Shown: positions 36,641 through 47,064, numbered from the stretch's first letter. The stretch: 64,000 nt of DNA from an uncultured Ignavibacteriales bacterium (GCA_964518635.1 CAZFGK010000005.1:1679-65678); one strand, 5' to 3'. Program-made: numbers and translations. The notes: generated from the letters alone by a model not told the origin.

Positions 36641-37357
36641 CTAATAGCGAACGATCTTTACCGGCACTGCAACGTGAGTCGTATCCGGGCTGTCTGAAGT
36701 GGTCAGACTCAAACGCATGCTCGACTGAAATGTCCCTCTCTTCAGCGTCCCCTTGGGAGTGATGGTCAGTTCGATAGACTGGTTCTTTCGTGCTTCTTTT
36801 TTTGTGACCGTCACGACATAGTTGGTATCCTGCTGCACGATCCCCGCAAGACGGGAAGTCAAGTCAACCGTGTTTGGAATTTTCATGGTGAGTGACTGAT
36901 GCGCCGGGAGCATGAAAAATGCGATCGGATCCGGTTTCGCAAAAAAGGGCCACTGACCAACATCGGCGGTGTAGTAGATTTTGTATGTAGAGGGCTCGTT
37001 CGTCACGATGAGGAGCGAACGAGAGGTCGGCCCAAAGTAATTTTTCGTATTGAATTTGAGGTAGACTCCGATGGTATCACCGGGGTTTGCGGTCGAATCT
37101 CGCAGGGTCACTGTCGAGCAGTCACATTTGGCCGTCGCAGTATCAAGGCGTATCGGTTTATCAGAGGTGTTGACAAGGTAAAAGGTATGAAAGAGATCAT
37201 ACTCAATACCTACATGCCCGAAATTGAAACTGGTCTCGACCGGACGCAGCTTTGATGTGATCGGCACCGGAATCTCCGGAGCGATATCTTCGGCTTGTAC
37301 GCTAGAGGTAAACAAGCAGAAAGTACATGTAACAGCTATCAGAGTTTTCATTTTCAT
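36641..37357 (-). CDS. DUF1573 domain protein (secreted)
   Basis: Signal peptide MKMKTLIAVTCTFCLFTSSVQA. The DUF1573 signature is FNFGHV...F.L.N....I.......CDCT. I chose ATG 37357 because the track start lies inside the upstream gene. Confidence 0.75.
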   Translation of the reverse strand: MKMKTLIAVTCTFCLFTSSVQAEDIAPEIPVPITSKLRPVETSFNFGHVGIEYDLFHTFYLVNTSDKPIRLDTATAKCDCSTVTLRDSTANPGDTIGVYLKFNTKNYFGPTSRSLLIVTNEPSTYKIYYTADVGQWPFFAKPDPIAFFMLPAHQSLTMKIPNTVDLTSRLAGIVQQDTNYVVTVTKKEARKNQSIELTITPKGTLKRGTFQSSMRLSLTTSDSPDTTHVAVPVKIVRY

Positions 37358-37373
37358 GCGCAGACTAAAGTAA

Positions 37374-38384
37374 TCAGCGACGAATGCTTGAGAGTTTTTC
37401 ATCATGTTCTTGCTGCAGGAATCCTTGTTCGACCATCCATCGGTCGTTGTAGCATTTTGTAAGGTATCGAATGCCGCCGTCGGCAAAAATACCGATCACC
37501 AGTGCGGTACTTGGAAGTGTTTGGGCAATCTGTGCCATTGCAAAGGCAATAGCGCCAGATGATCCTCCGCCAGAGATCCCTTCTCTTCTTGCGATCTCTC
37601 GTGCTCGGAGAAAAGAATCCCGATCGGCCACTGTCACTACTTGATCGATATATTGCGGATGCAATGCTTCAGTCAGAACATCAGAGCCGATCCCTTCGAC
37701 TTTGTAGGGAAGCCCCTCGGACTCTTTGCCGGAGGCAAGATATTCGGCAAACATCGAACCTTCTGGGTCGACGGCAATAACTTTGATAGCCGGATTTTTC
37801 TCTTTGAGAAATTTCCCTGTCCCCGAGACTGTACCTCCGGTGCCGATCCCACCAACAAAGTGAGTGATCTTTCCTTCGGTCTGCTCCCAAATTTCGGGAC
37901 CGGTTGTCATGTAGTGGGCTTCGACATTTTCCTGCGAATTGTACTGATCAAGATCAAAATAGCCGTGCTCTCGCGCCAACCGTCGAGCGACCTGATAGCA
38001 ACCCTCAGGATCATGGTGTCCGCATTCGGTCGGGGTGATAATCACTTCCGCACCGAATGATGTAATCAGGTCGATCTTTTCCTGACTTGTCTTGCGCGGT
38101 GTGACAATTAAACACTTGAGTCCGAGCACTGCCGCGACCATGGCAAGGGCAGAGCCGGTATTCCCTGAAGTGTTGTCGATCACCGTATCACCGCGGCGAA
38201 GCCGTCCGTCTAAGAGTGCTTTCCGAATGACATAGGCGGTCATGCGATCTTTGATCGAGCCGGTTGGGTTTGTCCACTCTAGTTTCACATAGCAACTGGG
38301 GCCGGGATCTGGAATTCCGGTTCGCAGGCGCACCAGGGGGGTGTTGCCAATCTGATCGAGAATATGTTCGTAGCTGTTTTTCAT
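37374..38384 (-). CDS. PLP-dependent cysteine synthase / cystathionine beta-synthase family protein
   Basis: IGNTPLVRL, NPTGSIKDR (PLP lysine), GNTG, and GTGGT loops. I chose ATG 38384 (MKNSYEHILDQIGNTPL). Confidence 0.85.
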   Translation of the reverse strand: MKNSYEHILDQIGNTPLVRLRTGIPDPGPSCYVKLEWTNPTGSIKDRMTAYVIRKALLDGRLRRGDTVIDNTSGNTGSALAMVAAVLGLKCLIVTPRKTSQEKIDLITSFGAEVIITPTECGHHDPEGCYQVARRLAREHGYFDLDQYNSQENVEAHYMTTGPEIWEQTEGKITHFVGGIGTGGTVSGTGKFLKEKNPAIKVIAVDPEGSMFAEYLASGKESEGLPYKVEGIGSDVLTEALHPQYIDQVVTVADRDSFLRAREIARREGISGGGSSGAIAFAMAQIAQTLPSTALVIGIFADGGIRYLTKCYNDRWMVEQGFLQQEHDEKLSSIRR

Positions 38385-38492
38385 AATCTTTGCCGGTTGC
38401 CAAGTGTTATACACCAAATCGTTCCGGTCAATTTGAATAGAGGGGAAGAAGTTAAAAATTGACCATTTCCCCAATTCCCGTACCCTTTCAGC

Positions 38493-39125
38493 ATGGTGAA
38501 ATCTGGTTGTAGTCGTTGGAAATTACTGTCGATGCAGGCGATTGTCCTGGTCGCCTGTCTTGTCTTGTCTGGATGTTCGGAGCGCCGAAAAGAGGCCGCC
38601 CGTCTGGAAGCAGAATTGGAGGCCCACCGCAAGGGGGGAGTTACGTCTGAGATTCAGGAACAGCAGGCAGGAAGCCAACAGAGTGAGGACACTACGGGGG
38701 GCAGTACATTAACTGACGAGAATATTGTTCTACCGGATAGTCAGTTGAACTCTGAAACGGTAGCAAACCGGAACGACTCCTCGATTGAGTCTAGTCCGGT
38801 TGATTTCACTTTGCAGGATAGTGTGAACTCGACGATGGCTTCTCCAGATTCGCTCAGGGATAGTGTACCGATCCCCGCCCGCCCGCGAGATGGCTACACT
38901 GTTCAGATTGCCGGAACACGGTCATCCGATGAAGCGAATGCTATCGTTGAGCGATTCAAGCTCTATGGCTACGATGCGTATGTCGCGGAGGTCTCTCGTG
39001 ATGGTCGCCCGTTCTATCGTGTGCGAGTCGGCCGTCTCGAAACCGAAAAGGAAGCAATCGCTCTGAAAGGTCAGTTAATGGAGCAGCAGCAGATCGAGGG
39101 CTGGGTTGATCAGGGGAGTTGGTAG
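38493..39125 (+). CDS. SPOR domain lipoprotein
   Basis: Lipobox LVLSGC. Low-complexity linker. C-terminal SPOR domain GYTVQIAGTRSSDEANAIVERFKLYGYDAYVAEV..DGRPFYRVRVGRLETEKEA. Confidence 0.8.
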   Translation: MVKSGCSRWKLLSMQAIVLVACLVLSGCSERRKEAARLEAELEAHRKGGVTSEIQEQQAGSQQSEDTTGGSTLTDENIVLPDSQLNSETVANRNDSSIESSPVDFTLQDSVNSTMASPDSLRDSVPIPARPRDGYTVQIAGTRSSDEANAIVERFKLYGYDAYVAEVSRDGRPFYRVRVGRLETEKEAIALKGQLMEQQQIEGWVDQGSW

Positions 39126-39160
39126 AAATCTCAGCCTCTGATCTCTCAGATTTTCTTTTC
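39125..39160 (+). terminator. Imperfect hairpin plus T-rich tract after the SPOR gene
   Basis: gaaatctcag ... ctcagatttt pairs 9 of 10 positions and is followed by cttttctc. Confidence 0.4.
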
Positions 39161-39183
39161 TCGTATGAATTGAATCAGGTCAT

Positions 39184-40332
39184 ATGAAATACCGGCTCGC
39201 AGAACCATCAATTGAACAGCAAGATATTGACGCCGTCTCCGATGTGCTCAAGTCCGGCTGGCTCATTCAAGGGAAGAGAGTCGCCGAGTTTGAATCGGCA
39301 CTCGGCGGGATTACCGATTCTGCCACACATGTGGCAGTCTCATCAGGAACTGCTGCGCTGCATCTGTCGATGCTGGCACTTGAAATTGTCCCGGGGGATC
39401 TGGTCTATGTGCCGTCACTCGCCTGGCCGTCCGCCGCGAATATCGCACTCCTAACGGGCGCGCTGCCGATCTTCGTTGATGTCACACAGCCGTACGGCAA
39501 TATCGATCCGCATCATCTTCGAAAGAGAATTCAAGAATCAATTGATAAAAAATGGGGACGTCCTCGGGCGATTGTCCCGGTTCATGCCTTCGGTTCGGTT
39601 TGCGAGATCGACGCGATCATGGAGATTGCCGCCGAATTTCGGCTGAACGTCATCGAAGATGCTGCCTGTTCTCTCGGTGCGAAAGACAATGCAGGGAAGT
39701 CAGTCGGTCTGTTTGGCGATATCGGCATTTTCAGCTTTCATCCAAGGAAATCGCTGACCACCGGTGAAGGGGGGAGTGTGGTCTCGAAACGCCCTGAACT
39801 TCTTGAACGAGTCCGGCAATTACGAGATCATGGTCGTCAGTCGCCGCTGACTTTTGCTCAGGCAGGGCTTAACTACCGGATGACCGAGTTTCAGGCGGCA
39901 CTTGGAATCGGGCAGGTCGCTCGATTTGATAGCATGATCACGAAGCGAAGAGTCCTTGCGCGCAGGTATCTTTCTGCTCTTGCAGGGATCAACGAAATTA
40001 CAATCCCACCAGACGATGCTCGCCACACCTGGCAGACTTTTTTTGTGATCGGTGAAAATCCGACTGCAACGCAGGCGATATGCAAAGGTCTAGTGGAAGA
40101 GGGAGTCGAAACCGGCTTTCCGTCACATTCAGCGCAATCTTTGACCCAGTTTATGACTCTTCCGGGGAATTCTCCGATGCCGGTCAGCGAAAGACTGAGA
40201 GACTGCGGCATTGCGTTCCCATTGCATGACCGACTGCATGAACATGATGTCAATGAAATCTGCGCGATTTTTCGCCAGGTAACAAAATCGCTCACGAGAA
40301 GTCTGCATCGTGAGCGAGTCATGTCAACGTGA
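39184..40332 (+). CDS. DegT/DnrJ/EryC1/StrS family sugar aminotransferase
   Basis: 382 aa. Motifs VSSGTAALHL, IIEDAA and FSFHPRKSLTTGEGG (PLP lysine context). Confidence 0.88.
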   Translation: MKYRLAEPSIEQQDIDAVSDVLKSGWLIQGKRVAEFESALGGITDSATHVAVSSGTAALHLSMLALEIVPGDLVYVPSLAWPSAANIALLTGALPIFVDVTQPYGNIDPHHLRKRIQESIDKKWGRPRAIVPVHAFGSVCEIDAIMEIAAEFRLNVIEDAACSLGAKDNAGKSVGLFGDIGIFSFHPRKSLTTGEGGSVVSKRPELLERVRQLRDHGRQSPLTFAQAGLNYRMTEFQAALGIGQVARFDSMITKRRVLARRYLSALAGINEITIPPDDARHTWQTFFVIGENPTATQAICKGLVEEGVETGFPSHSAQSLTQFMTLPGNSPMPVSERLRDCGIAFPLHDRLHEHDVNEICAIFRQVTKSLTRSLHRERVMST

Positions 40333-40348
40333 AATTCAGCGTCAGTAA

Positions 40349-42295
40349 TTAGTTCGGCTGAGTTCCTGATTTTACATACTTCTTAAAAAATCCGGCACGT
40401 GTCTCCAACGTCTTGATAGTATTGGACGTTTTGGCTGCCCCGTGCCCTTCATCTTCGAAGATCAATGTCTCGACTACGCCACCGCGTTCTTTGATTGCGG
40501 CTTCCATCTGACGGGCCTCGCCGACCGGAACACGTGGATCATTTGCGCCGTGAATGAGTAGCAACGGTGTCTTGATCTTATCGACTTTGTGAACAGGGGA
40601 AATTTCCTTCAGAAATTCCCGGTCGGTCAGCGGTCCATATTCAGACTCCCGTAAAGCACGACGATAAGAAGCGGTATTTTCGAGAAAGGTCTCGAAGTTT
40701 GCAATCGCGACCTCGGCGCTTGCTGCGGCATACAGATCAGGATACTCAGTGATCATTCCCAGTGCGACATACCCGCCGTACGAGCCGCCAGTGATAGCTA
40801 TCTGCCCGGGGGCGGTATAGCCGTTCGCGATCAGCCAGTCGGTCGCTGCTTTGTAGTCTTTCAGAGAATTCTTGCGAAGTTTATAGTTATCGAGTGCAAG
40901 GAACTTCCGTCCGTATCCATCAGAGCCGCGTGGATTCACCGCCATGATGCCGAACCCATTTTGCATGTAGTATTGCATCGTGCGCGAAAATGTTGGTTGG
41001 TACTGGCTTTCCGGACCACCATGCGCGTAGACAATAAACGGGATCGGCGTTCCCTTTGTATAAGAAGCAGGAAGATAGAGGAATGAAGGAATCTCAAGCT
41101 CATCAAATGATTTGAAAGTCACGAGTGTGGGCTGACGAAACTTTGATTTGTCGACTCCGGAGTAAGAGGAGTAGGTGAGCTGCTTCAGCTCCCCCTTCTT
41201 TGCATCCCAGCTCCACACATCGCTTGTTTGCACGGGGTCTTGATAGCTGAAAAAGACTCGTCCGTTCTGATCCATTTCGAAACCACCGATCATGCCATCG
41301 ATCGGTGGTGACTTCAGCTCCTGTTTGCTTTCCATTTCACGAATTTTCATTCGAATATAGCCATTCTCATTGAATGCGACGACCTGATATTTGAAGTCTC
41401 TCGATGCAGAGACTCCTTCAATCTCCCACTTCGGATCGACCCAGTTGTCAGTCGTGTACTTCACTGTCGGAACGCCGACAGTCATTGTCGCAAGGCGGCT
41501 TATCCCTTCGTCATTTCCGTTACAGGTTACCCAGATGGTTTTGTTATCGGGCAAAAGAAACGCAGAACGATAATGTACGTCGGTACGTTCGTCGGTCAGT
41601 TTCTTTCCTTTGCCGTCGGCGACATTCACGAGATAGAGTTCATTCGACACGTTTGTAGGGTAGCGAGTGACGATCATCTGACGACCATCGGCGGTAAGTT
41701 GCATGATCGACAAATTCCCACGAACGCCGTTGGTATCGCCAAACACCTTGGTCGCCGAGCCGGACTTTAGATCCATGTGGTAGACAAAGAAGTCCTTCTT
41801 GTTCTCTTCACTGGAGGTGTAATAGATCGAGCGGTCATCCTTCGCCCATGTTGGAGCACTGTATCGCGCTCCCGGATTATTGGTAAGCTGTGTGATCTGA
41901 CCGGTCTGGGCATTCATCAAAAAGAGCTGAGAATACTCCGATCCGCCAACCGATGCGCCAATCACACTCAAATTCCCGCCGTACGAGAGGGAGAAGAAAT
42001 CGATCCCGTCCGCAAAGGTGGTGAGTTGATAGGGCCATCCCTCTTCAGTCAGTCGAAAGACCTGCGGCGCGCCCGACATGCTGGACTGGAAGAACACGGT
42101 TTTCCCATCCCAGGTCACTCCCTCAAAAGAGGCGGCCTGAATCTGCATATAGGCATTTGGTTCAGGGAGAAGGGCGGCCGTACCTAAGAGTGTGGAATCA
42201 GCAGGAAAGTTGTTGGCGGCCTCGATGGGTGCCGAATTACCGACAATCAGTAGGCAGAAGGAGAGAAGCAATGAGGCGAGGAGACGACGAAGCAT
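40349..42295 (-). CDS. S9 family serine peptidase (prolyl oligopeptidase/DPP type) with an N-terminal beta-propeller
   Basis: 648 aa with a signal peptide. Catalytic GGSYGGY. C-terminal IHGANDPRVP and EGHG motifs. Confidence 0.88.
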   Translation of the reverse strand: MLRRLLASLLLSFCLLIVGNSAPIEAANNFPADSTLLGTAALLPEPNAYMQIQAASFEGVTWDGKTVFFQSSMSGAPQVFRLTEEGWPYQLTTFADGIDFFSLSYGGNLSVIGASVGGSEYSQLFLMNAQTGQITQLTNNPGARYSAPTWAKDDRSIYYTSSEENKKDFFVYHMDLKSGSATKVFGDTNGVRGNLSIMQLTADGRQMIVTRYPTNVSNELYLVNVADGKGKKLTDERTDVHYRSAFLLPDNKTIWVTCNGNDEGISRLATMTVGVPTVKYTTDNWVDPKWEIEGVSASRDFKYQVVAFNENGYIRMKIREMESKQELKSPPIDGMIGGFEMDQNGRVFFSYQDPVQTSDVWSWDAKKGELKQLTYSSYSGVDKSKFRQPTLVTFKSFDELEIPSFLYLPASYTKGTPIPFIVYAHGGPESQYQPTFSRTMQYYMQNGFGIMAVNPRGSDGYGRKFLALDNYKLRKNSLKDYKAATDWLIANGYTAPGQIAITGGSYGGYVALGMITEYPDLYAAASAEVAIANFETFLENTASYRRALRESEYGPLTDREFLKEISPVHKVDKIKTPLLLIHGANDPRVPVGEARQMEAAIKERGGVVETLIFEDEGHGAAKTSNTIKTLETRAGFFKKYVKSGTQPN

Positions 42296-42338
42296 TTCAG
42301 TGCCCTTTCACACGATGAACCGATTCGGTTGCTGACGT

Positions 42339-42366
42339 AAAAGAACCGCCCGGATACCGAGCGGTG
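42339..42366 (-). terminator. GC-rich hairpin plus U-tract downstream of the PEGA/TPR gene
   Basis: The minus strand reads accgctcggtatccgggcggt followed by tctttta. It lies 66 nt after the stop at 42432. Confidence 0.5.
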
Positions 42367-42431
42367 AATCATCGTGGAGATTATACACGAAATCTGGATG
42401 TGTCTGCTACGAAAATCTCGAAACGACCTGA

Positions 42432-44468
42432 TCAGCCCCCGGTAGAGACAATTCGCTCGATCATGCTGTTGGCCGGGTCACGAAGGAAATCCTGCGCCCG
42501 ATCCGGGGTTGCGACTTTGTTGTATGCGTCCCAGGTCTTGCGGATTTCCTTGAAATCGTTGGTCCCCATGTAGGCGACCATCAGGCGTTCATAGATGTAC
42601 GGGTCGTTCTTGCTCAGCGAACGGGCATCCTTGAAGTGCTTTTGTGCTCGGGCATGATCTCCCATAGCAAGACGAGCATCCCCGAGTCCAATATGTCCAG
42701 TAGCATTCTGCTTGTCGACTAGTGTCACCGCCTCATAATCAGCGGCAGCGGCTCTCGCCTCTCCGGATAACATGAAGATCGCCCCGCGACCCAAAAGCGC
42801 AGGGACATTCCGGCCATCCAGTTCGAGTGCTTCGTTGTAGGCACCGACTGCATCTCGCAGCTGGTTATTTTCGCCAAAGGCACTCGCCGCAAGCATGTAG
42901 TCTGAAATCGCCTCGTTTACCGCCCCCTCAGCAGCGTACCCTTGAGCCCGACCCATATAGGCGGAGGGAACGGCGATACCGTCTGCAATTGCCTGTGAGA
43001 AGCTCGTACGAGCGGTCGCAAACTCACCAGCGGTCAGTGCTGCGATCCCTTCGTCGTAGGAGGTCCGGACCGGTGTTGGAATCGACTGAGTGACAATCTT
43101 GACCTCCGGCTCGAGTTTTACTCGGATGCGGGTGGTCTGGCCTGCCTGTACGGCGACTATCCCTTCAGCCGTCTGATAGCCGTTTTTCGTCACCTGATAG
43201 GAATAATCTCCCGGAGTCAGATTGGCATAGGTGAGATTTCCTGCACCGACGGGCTTCCCATTCAGTATCAAAGTCGCGCCGGAAACTCCGGCATCTAGAG
43301 ATACCTTGCCAGCACTGGAGGTCTGCTGCGTGGGGCGGGCAGATTCATCCTGAACAGGTTGGGCTATTTCTTCGACTGGAGCTTCTTCCTGAGGTGGACG
43401 GGGACGCAGGACGAGATTAGTGATTTGTTCTCCAACGACGGTTACAAAATCTTCGCCGATTACTGAACCAGCAACGATGTATTCTACCTTATGAGAGCCG
43501 GACGGGACCGCATCGGACTTAAAAAAGCCCTCACCGTTGCTGTTGATGGTAAGTCCTAGATCGGGGAAGCGTACACTCGCCCCTTGAATAAACGGCTGAT
43601 CATATTCATTTAGGACCATACCGGTCACCCAGCCCTTACCCGAACCGGAACGAGCCATGAAGGTGATCCCGGCGACGAGCAGAGCTACCCCGAATACTGA
43701 GCCAAAAGCGATCGCCATCGTCTGACGGCTGAAACGCCGTTTTCTCAAGGTGTACTGACGATCTCCGATGCTCAATACATCCTGTTCATGGAGTTCCTGC
43801 TGGCTGTTGAGCTGGATGACATTCTTGAAAAAGTAAGCAACGCCACGAGCCCGGTCGGTCATTTTGGGGCGGGCTTCGTCATCGAAAGGGACGACACTAT
43901 GAGTATGTTTCAGGGTAGTTGCCTGAGTGGTCGTCGAATGAGACGACGGAAGATCAGCGGGGCTGTTGATCCGCTTCATTATTTCCCGCTGTTCATGTTC
44001 ATCCAGATATTTTCTGGACTTTGAGAGATTCTCTTCGACTGCCTTGACTTCGGCAGGGCTGAGTTTGTGAGTATTTTTGTCTCCAGTTACCGCCGACTGT
44101 GAGGTTGAGCTCGTTGTCTTTAGGGGAGCAGTAGTATCGCCGATTCCGGCTTTCGAAGAAGCCGTTTTCGACAGGACTGGTTCTTCCATTGCTCCTGCTG
44201 ATCCTACCACATTCTCGACTATCGGTTCGTCCTCTTCGAGTACCGCTACGACCTTTCGGATAGGCGGGGTCGTTGGCTCCCGGTCAGCCTTACTTTCTGA
44301 GTCTGATGACGGGCGGTAACCGCCAGCAAGATCACGCTGGTCATCGGTTGCCTCCGAGACTTCAAACTCAAGCCCGTCTTCAGCATTGCCTGTCGAGCCG
44401 ATCTTCGATTTATCATTGCCAGAATTCGATAATGATGCCATCTCATCCCATCCTGTTGCTGGGTACAA
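42432..44468 (-). CDS. Single-pass membrane protein: disordered cytoplasmic N-terminus, then CarboxypepD_reg-like, PEGA and TPR periplasmic domains
   Basis: TM segment TMAIAFGSVFGVALLVAGITFMA. PEGA-like ATLILNGKPVGAGNLTYANLTPGDYSYQVTKNGYQ. C-terminal TPR repeats. The start is uncertain (TTG 44468 or ATG 44441). Confidence 0.7.
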   Translation of the reverse strand: MYPATGWDEMASLSNSGNDKSKIGSTGNAEDGLEFEVSEATDDQRDLAGGYRPSSDSESKADREPTTPPIRKVVAVLEEDEPIVENVVGSAGAMEEPVLSKTASSKAGIGDTTAPLKTTSSTSQSAVTGDKNTHKLSPAEVKAVEENLSKSRKYLDEHEQREIMKRINSPADLPSSHSTTTQATTLKHTHSVVPFDDEARPKMTDRARGVAYFFKNVIQLNSQQELHEQDVLSIGDRQYTLRKRRFSRQTMAIAFGSVFGVALLVAGITFMARSGSGKGWVTGMVLNEYDQPFIQGASVRFPDLGLTINSNGEGFFKSDAVPSGSHKVEYIVAGSVIGEDFVTVVGEQITNLVLRPRPPQEEAPVEEIAQPVQDESARPTQQTSSAGKVSLDAGVSGATLILNGKPVGAGNLTYANLTPGDYSYQVTKNGYQTAEGIVAVQAGQTTRIRVKLEPEVKIVTQSIPTPVRTSYDEGIAALTAGEFATARTSFSQAIADGIAVPSAYMGRAQGYAAEGAVNEAISDYMLAASAFGENNQLRDAVGAYNEALELDGRNVPALLGRGAIFMLSGEARAAAADYEAVTLVDKQNATGHIGLGDARLAMGDHARAQKHFKDARSLSKNDPYIYERLMVAYMGTNDFKEIRKTWDAYNKVATPDRAQDFLRDPANSMIERIVSTGG

Positions 44469-44534
44469 ACACTCCGTGTGCTCTGAGTATCGGAAGGGAG
44501 GAAAAAACCCTTAGGCGCAGTCCTCGCGACTTGC

Positions 44535-44564
44535 TTGACACCATGCCGTAGGAGGTGCTACAAT
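44535..44564 (+). promoter_or_regulatory. Near-consensus sigma70-type promoter
   Basis: TTGACA-18 nt-TACAAT, about 60 nt upstream of ATG 44628, which has an AAAGGAAG SD. Confidence 0.55.
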
Positions 44565-44627
44565 CCGGTCGCTAAGTGGTAGGTTATTGCCCGACATTGG
44601 GTTTTTAGAGGAAGTAAAGGAAGCAAC

Positions 44628-46136
44628 ATGCGCGCAATTCGCGTCCTGGGTGGTTTGAGCTGTGCAATGGTTTTGGGGCTGTTTTGGGGCTGCTCTGAAA
44701 AAGACGATATCATTCTGAAATCAAGCAGTACGCTGTTTTCGTTTGAAATATCCAAACTTCCGTCCGCGCCTGATGGCATGATATACGAGCTTTGGGTGAG
44801 TACCAGACCGGCGGTCGATACCGCCGCCCCGACAGATGTCGTCAAGCCGCTCCTTAGATTCAACTACCTACCTTCAAACAATGGTCCCTATCTCGCCAAT
44901 GAGGCAGGGGAACAGATTTCATTTGATCAGCCACTTGGAGTAGACATTTTTGACTATTCCTCCATATTCATATCAGCTGAACTCAGAGCTGATCCGGATC
45001 CGGCACGCCCGGCGAATGTTCTCATGACCTCTCCTTTAGCACAGATTGCGGATCAGACTTTTACTCTCAGAGTTCCCGGTTCTGATGATCTGATCAGTTC
45101 GATCATTCGCTACAACATGGAAGCTGTTTCCGATAACAATCGGAATCTCAATGACGGGAGCGGTATCTGGCTTTCAAATTATGTAGCGGAGACCGACACT
45201 ATTCCTGACACCCTCTCGATGACCAGTGTGACATATACCAATGTGACAATGGATCCGAGAATCGTGGCAGGAGATACCGTCAATCTTGCAGAACTGAAAG
45301 CACTCTACCGATATGACACTGCTAACGTTCGTGCCGAAACGACGTTTTACGATTTTGGACCTGATTCACTGATCAGTGGTGTCTCTCGGTTTCGTCATAT
45401 TGGTGTGAAATTTGATGAAGTCTACAGAAGTGACAGTACCTATCCGTACAATCGACGGGATCTGCTGCCGAGCTATGAAGTTCGCGCTCTTCCGGTCACT
45501 GACTATCAACGTTTCATTGAGTCGTTCACTCAGGATGCATTCAATCTCCCAAATCTTTCCCGTTTCGGACTGAAATGGAAGGGATGGATTCTTTCATCAG
45601 ATGCTGTCCTCTCTTCGTCGTCACTTGGGCGGCTCTCCGAACCAGCATGGCCGACTTCTCTGGGCGGCACTCCGTGGTTGTTTCCAACCAATGGCAGACT
45701 TCTTCCCTTCGCTGTCTTTGGCAATATCGCAGGAGACGATGAAGATGGGAATCCGTTCACCTTCAAGCTCTTCCGAGGGTACACCTGCCCGACCTGTACT
45801 GATAGCACTTACAAGATTCCGGGTGTGCCGGGAGAGGATTTCCTGAATAACACTGCTTTTTCAGCAGCGTATCCGGGACTCACGGCACCTATCAACTTCG
45901 CTCCAGTACCGGGGGCAACAATCGGATCGGTCCTGGTTAGTCTCGAACCGACCAATCATCTAAATTCAACGACAAATTTCCCTTTGATCGCTCACTTCGG
46001 TTTCTTGCCACTTGGGCCGGCAACGATTGCCCAACAAGCGTACTCTGTTACATTGACCAACGGTACCAGCACGACTGGTGGGAACCCATTCGGACCGGGT
46101 TTTCCGACTATCAAGGTAAAGTTCTCACGGCAGTAA
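44628..46136 (+). CDS. Hypothetical lipoprotein
   Basis: 502 aa. Lipobox LFWGCS. No confident domain. The N-terminal SKLPSAPDGMIYELWVS is faintly RskA-C-terminal-like. Confidence 0.6.
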   Translation: MRAIRVLGGLSCAMVLGLFWGCSEKDDIILKSSSTLFSFEISKLPSAPDGMIYELWVSTRPAVDTAAPTDVVKPLLRFNYLPSNNGPYLANEAGEQISFDQPLGVDIFDYSSIFISAELRADPDPARPANVLMTSPLAQIADQTFTLRVPGSDDLISSIIRYNMEAVSDNNRNLNDGSGIWLSNYVAETDTIPDTLSMTSVTYTNVTMDPRIVAGDTVNLAELKALYRYDTANVRAETTFYDFGPDSLISGVSRFRHIGVKFDEVYRSDSTYPYNRRDLLPSYEVRALPVTDYQRFIESFTQDAFNLPNLSRFGLKWKGWILSSDAVLSSSSLGRLSEPAWPTSLGGTPWLFPTNGRLLPFAVFGNIAGDDEDGNPFTFKLFRGYTCPTCTDSTYKIPGVPGEDFLNNTAFSAAYPGLTAPINFAPVPGATIGSVLVSLEPTNHLNSTTNFPLIAHFGFLPLGPATIAQQAYSVTLTNGTSTTGGNPFGPGFPTIKVKFSRQ

Positions 46137-46157
46137 CTTGACGTAGGATGATGAATG

Positions 46158-46188
46158 AAAGAGGATAGCGCGCTATCCTCTTTTTTTT
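46158..46188 (+). terminator. Rho-independent terminator
   Basis: Perfect palindrome gaggatagcg/cgctatcctc followed by eight T residues. Confidence 0.8.
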
Positions 46189-46232
46189 GTCTGGCTTATT
46201 GAAAATTGCGATGGTGCCGATACTAGCTCCCT

Positions 46233-47021
46233 GTGGCACCCTTCCTTTCAAAACATGTGCAGGATATTGATGGCAGCAATGAAGAACGACAACTCAGAGC
46301 CGCCACTGATGCAGCTTCCAGAGATTCCTCTACCCTCGACCAGCTCATCGAGCAAAATTACGCTTTGTTACTTTCAAGACTGTTGCCGGAATTGTTACAC
46401 GAGGCCAACAATGAATTGGCCGTATTGCAAGGGAGCGGAGAGTTACTTGCGCTAGCGAAAAAAGTGCCGGAGCTGGAGAAGCTTGAACGTCGTGGACAGA
46501 CTATCGTCAAGGCCTCCCATCGACTTGCAGGACTGTGCCGCCTGCTTGAACGAAATCCCTCGGGCGCGCTGACCAGAACCAGCTGCGAACTCACCACGGT
46601 CTTTCATGCGGTGCATGACGAGATAACAATGCTCAACAGCTTTGACAAGATTCAGTGGATTCTGGAGCAGTCTGAACCGCTCAGTATTGAGTGTCCTGCC
46701 TGGGTCGTGAAGCAGGTGATCTTCAATCTTGTAGCACGATCACTCAATCACCTCGAACATTCGAAGAGAGAAAAGAAAGTCCTTACCCAGTTTACCTCCT
46801 CGGATACAGAGGTCAGCTTTCACTGGCAGGACAATGGGGAATCGATCGAGTATTCAATGATTTCTGAGTGTTCTGACTCTAATCTCGGAGTAGATATGCA
46901 TCCGGTCTTCAATTTACCTCTTTGTGAGCTACTTCTCTCACGCTATCAGGGGGGACTTTCTGTATCTGAGGATGACTCAGGAGTGGTCACTGTTACTCTC
47001 CCCAAAGTCAGTCAAACCTAA
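46233..47021 (+). CDS. Histidine-kinase-like protein lacking a sensor domain (degenerate)
   Basis: 262 aa. The H-box-like segment is LLHEANNELAVLQG, and the N-box-like segment is VIFNLVARSLNH. G-boxes are not evident. GTG start, uncertain. Confidence 0.5.
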   Translation: MAPFLSKHVQDIDGSNEERQLRAATDAASRDSSTLDQLIEQNYALLLSRLLPELLHEANNELAVLQGSGELLALAKKVPELEKLERRGQTIVKASHRLAGLCRLLERNPSGALTRTSCELTTVFHAVHDEITMLNSFDKIQWILEQSEPLSIECPAWVVKQVIFNLVARSLNHLEHSKREKKVLTQFTSSDTEVSFHWQDNGESIEYSMISECSDSNLGVDMHPVFNLPLCELLLSRYQGGLSVSEDDSGVVTVTLPKVSQT

Positions 47022-47064
47022 ACTCAAGATAGCCCAATTCCCCTGACTTCTTTATAGTCACCGC

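Noticed and set aside
36262-37357. Possible tRNA-adjacent genomic island
   Set aside because: No integrase, no direct repeat of the tRNA 3' end, and the only gene is a common FCB-type DUF1573 protein.
42312-42377. Possible three-helix RNA element: an outer 8-bp stem (cacgatga...tcatcgtg) enclosing two hairpins. I considered it as a riboswitch upstream of the S9 peptidase.
   Set aside because: The dominant GC-rich hairpin followed by a U-tract on the minus strand is explained more simply as the terminator of the PEGA/TPR gene. No known riboswitch consensus was recognised.
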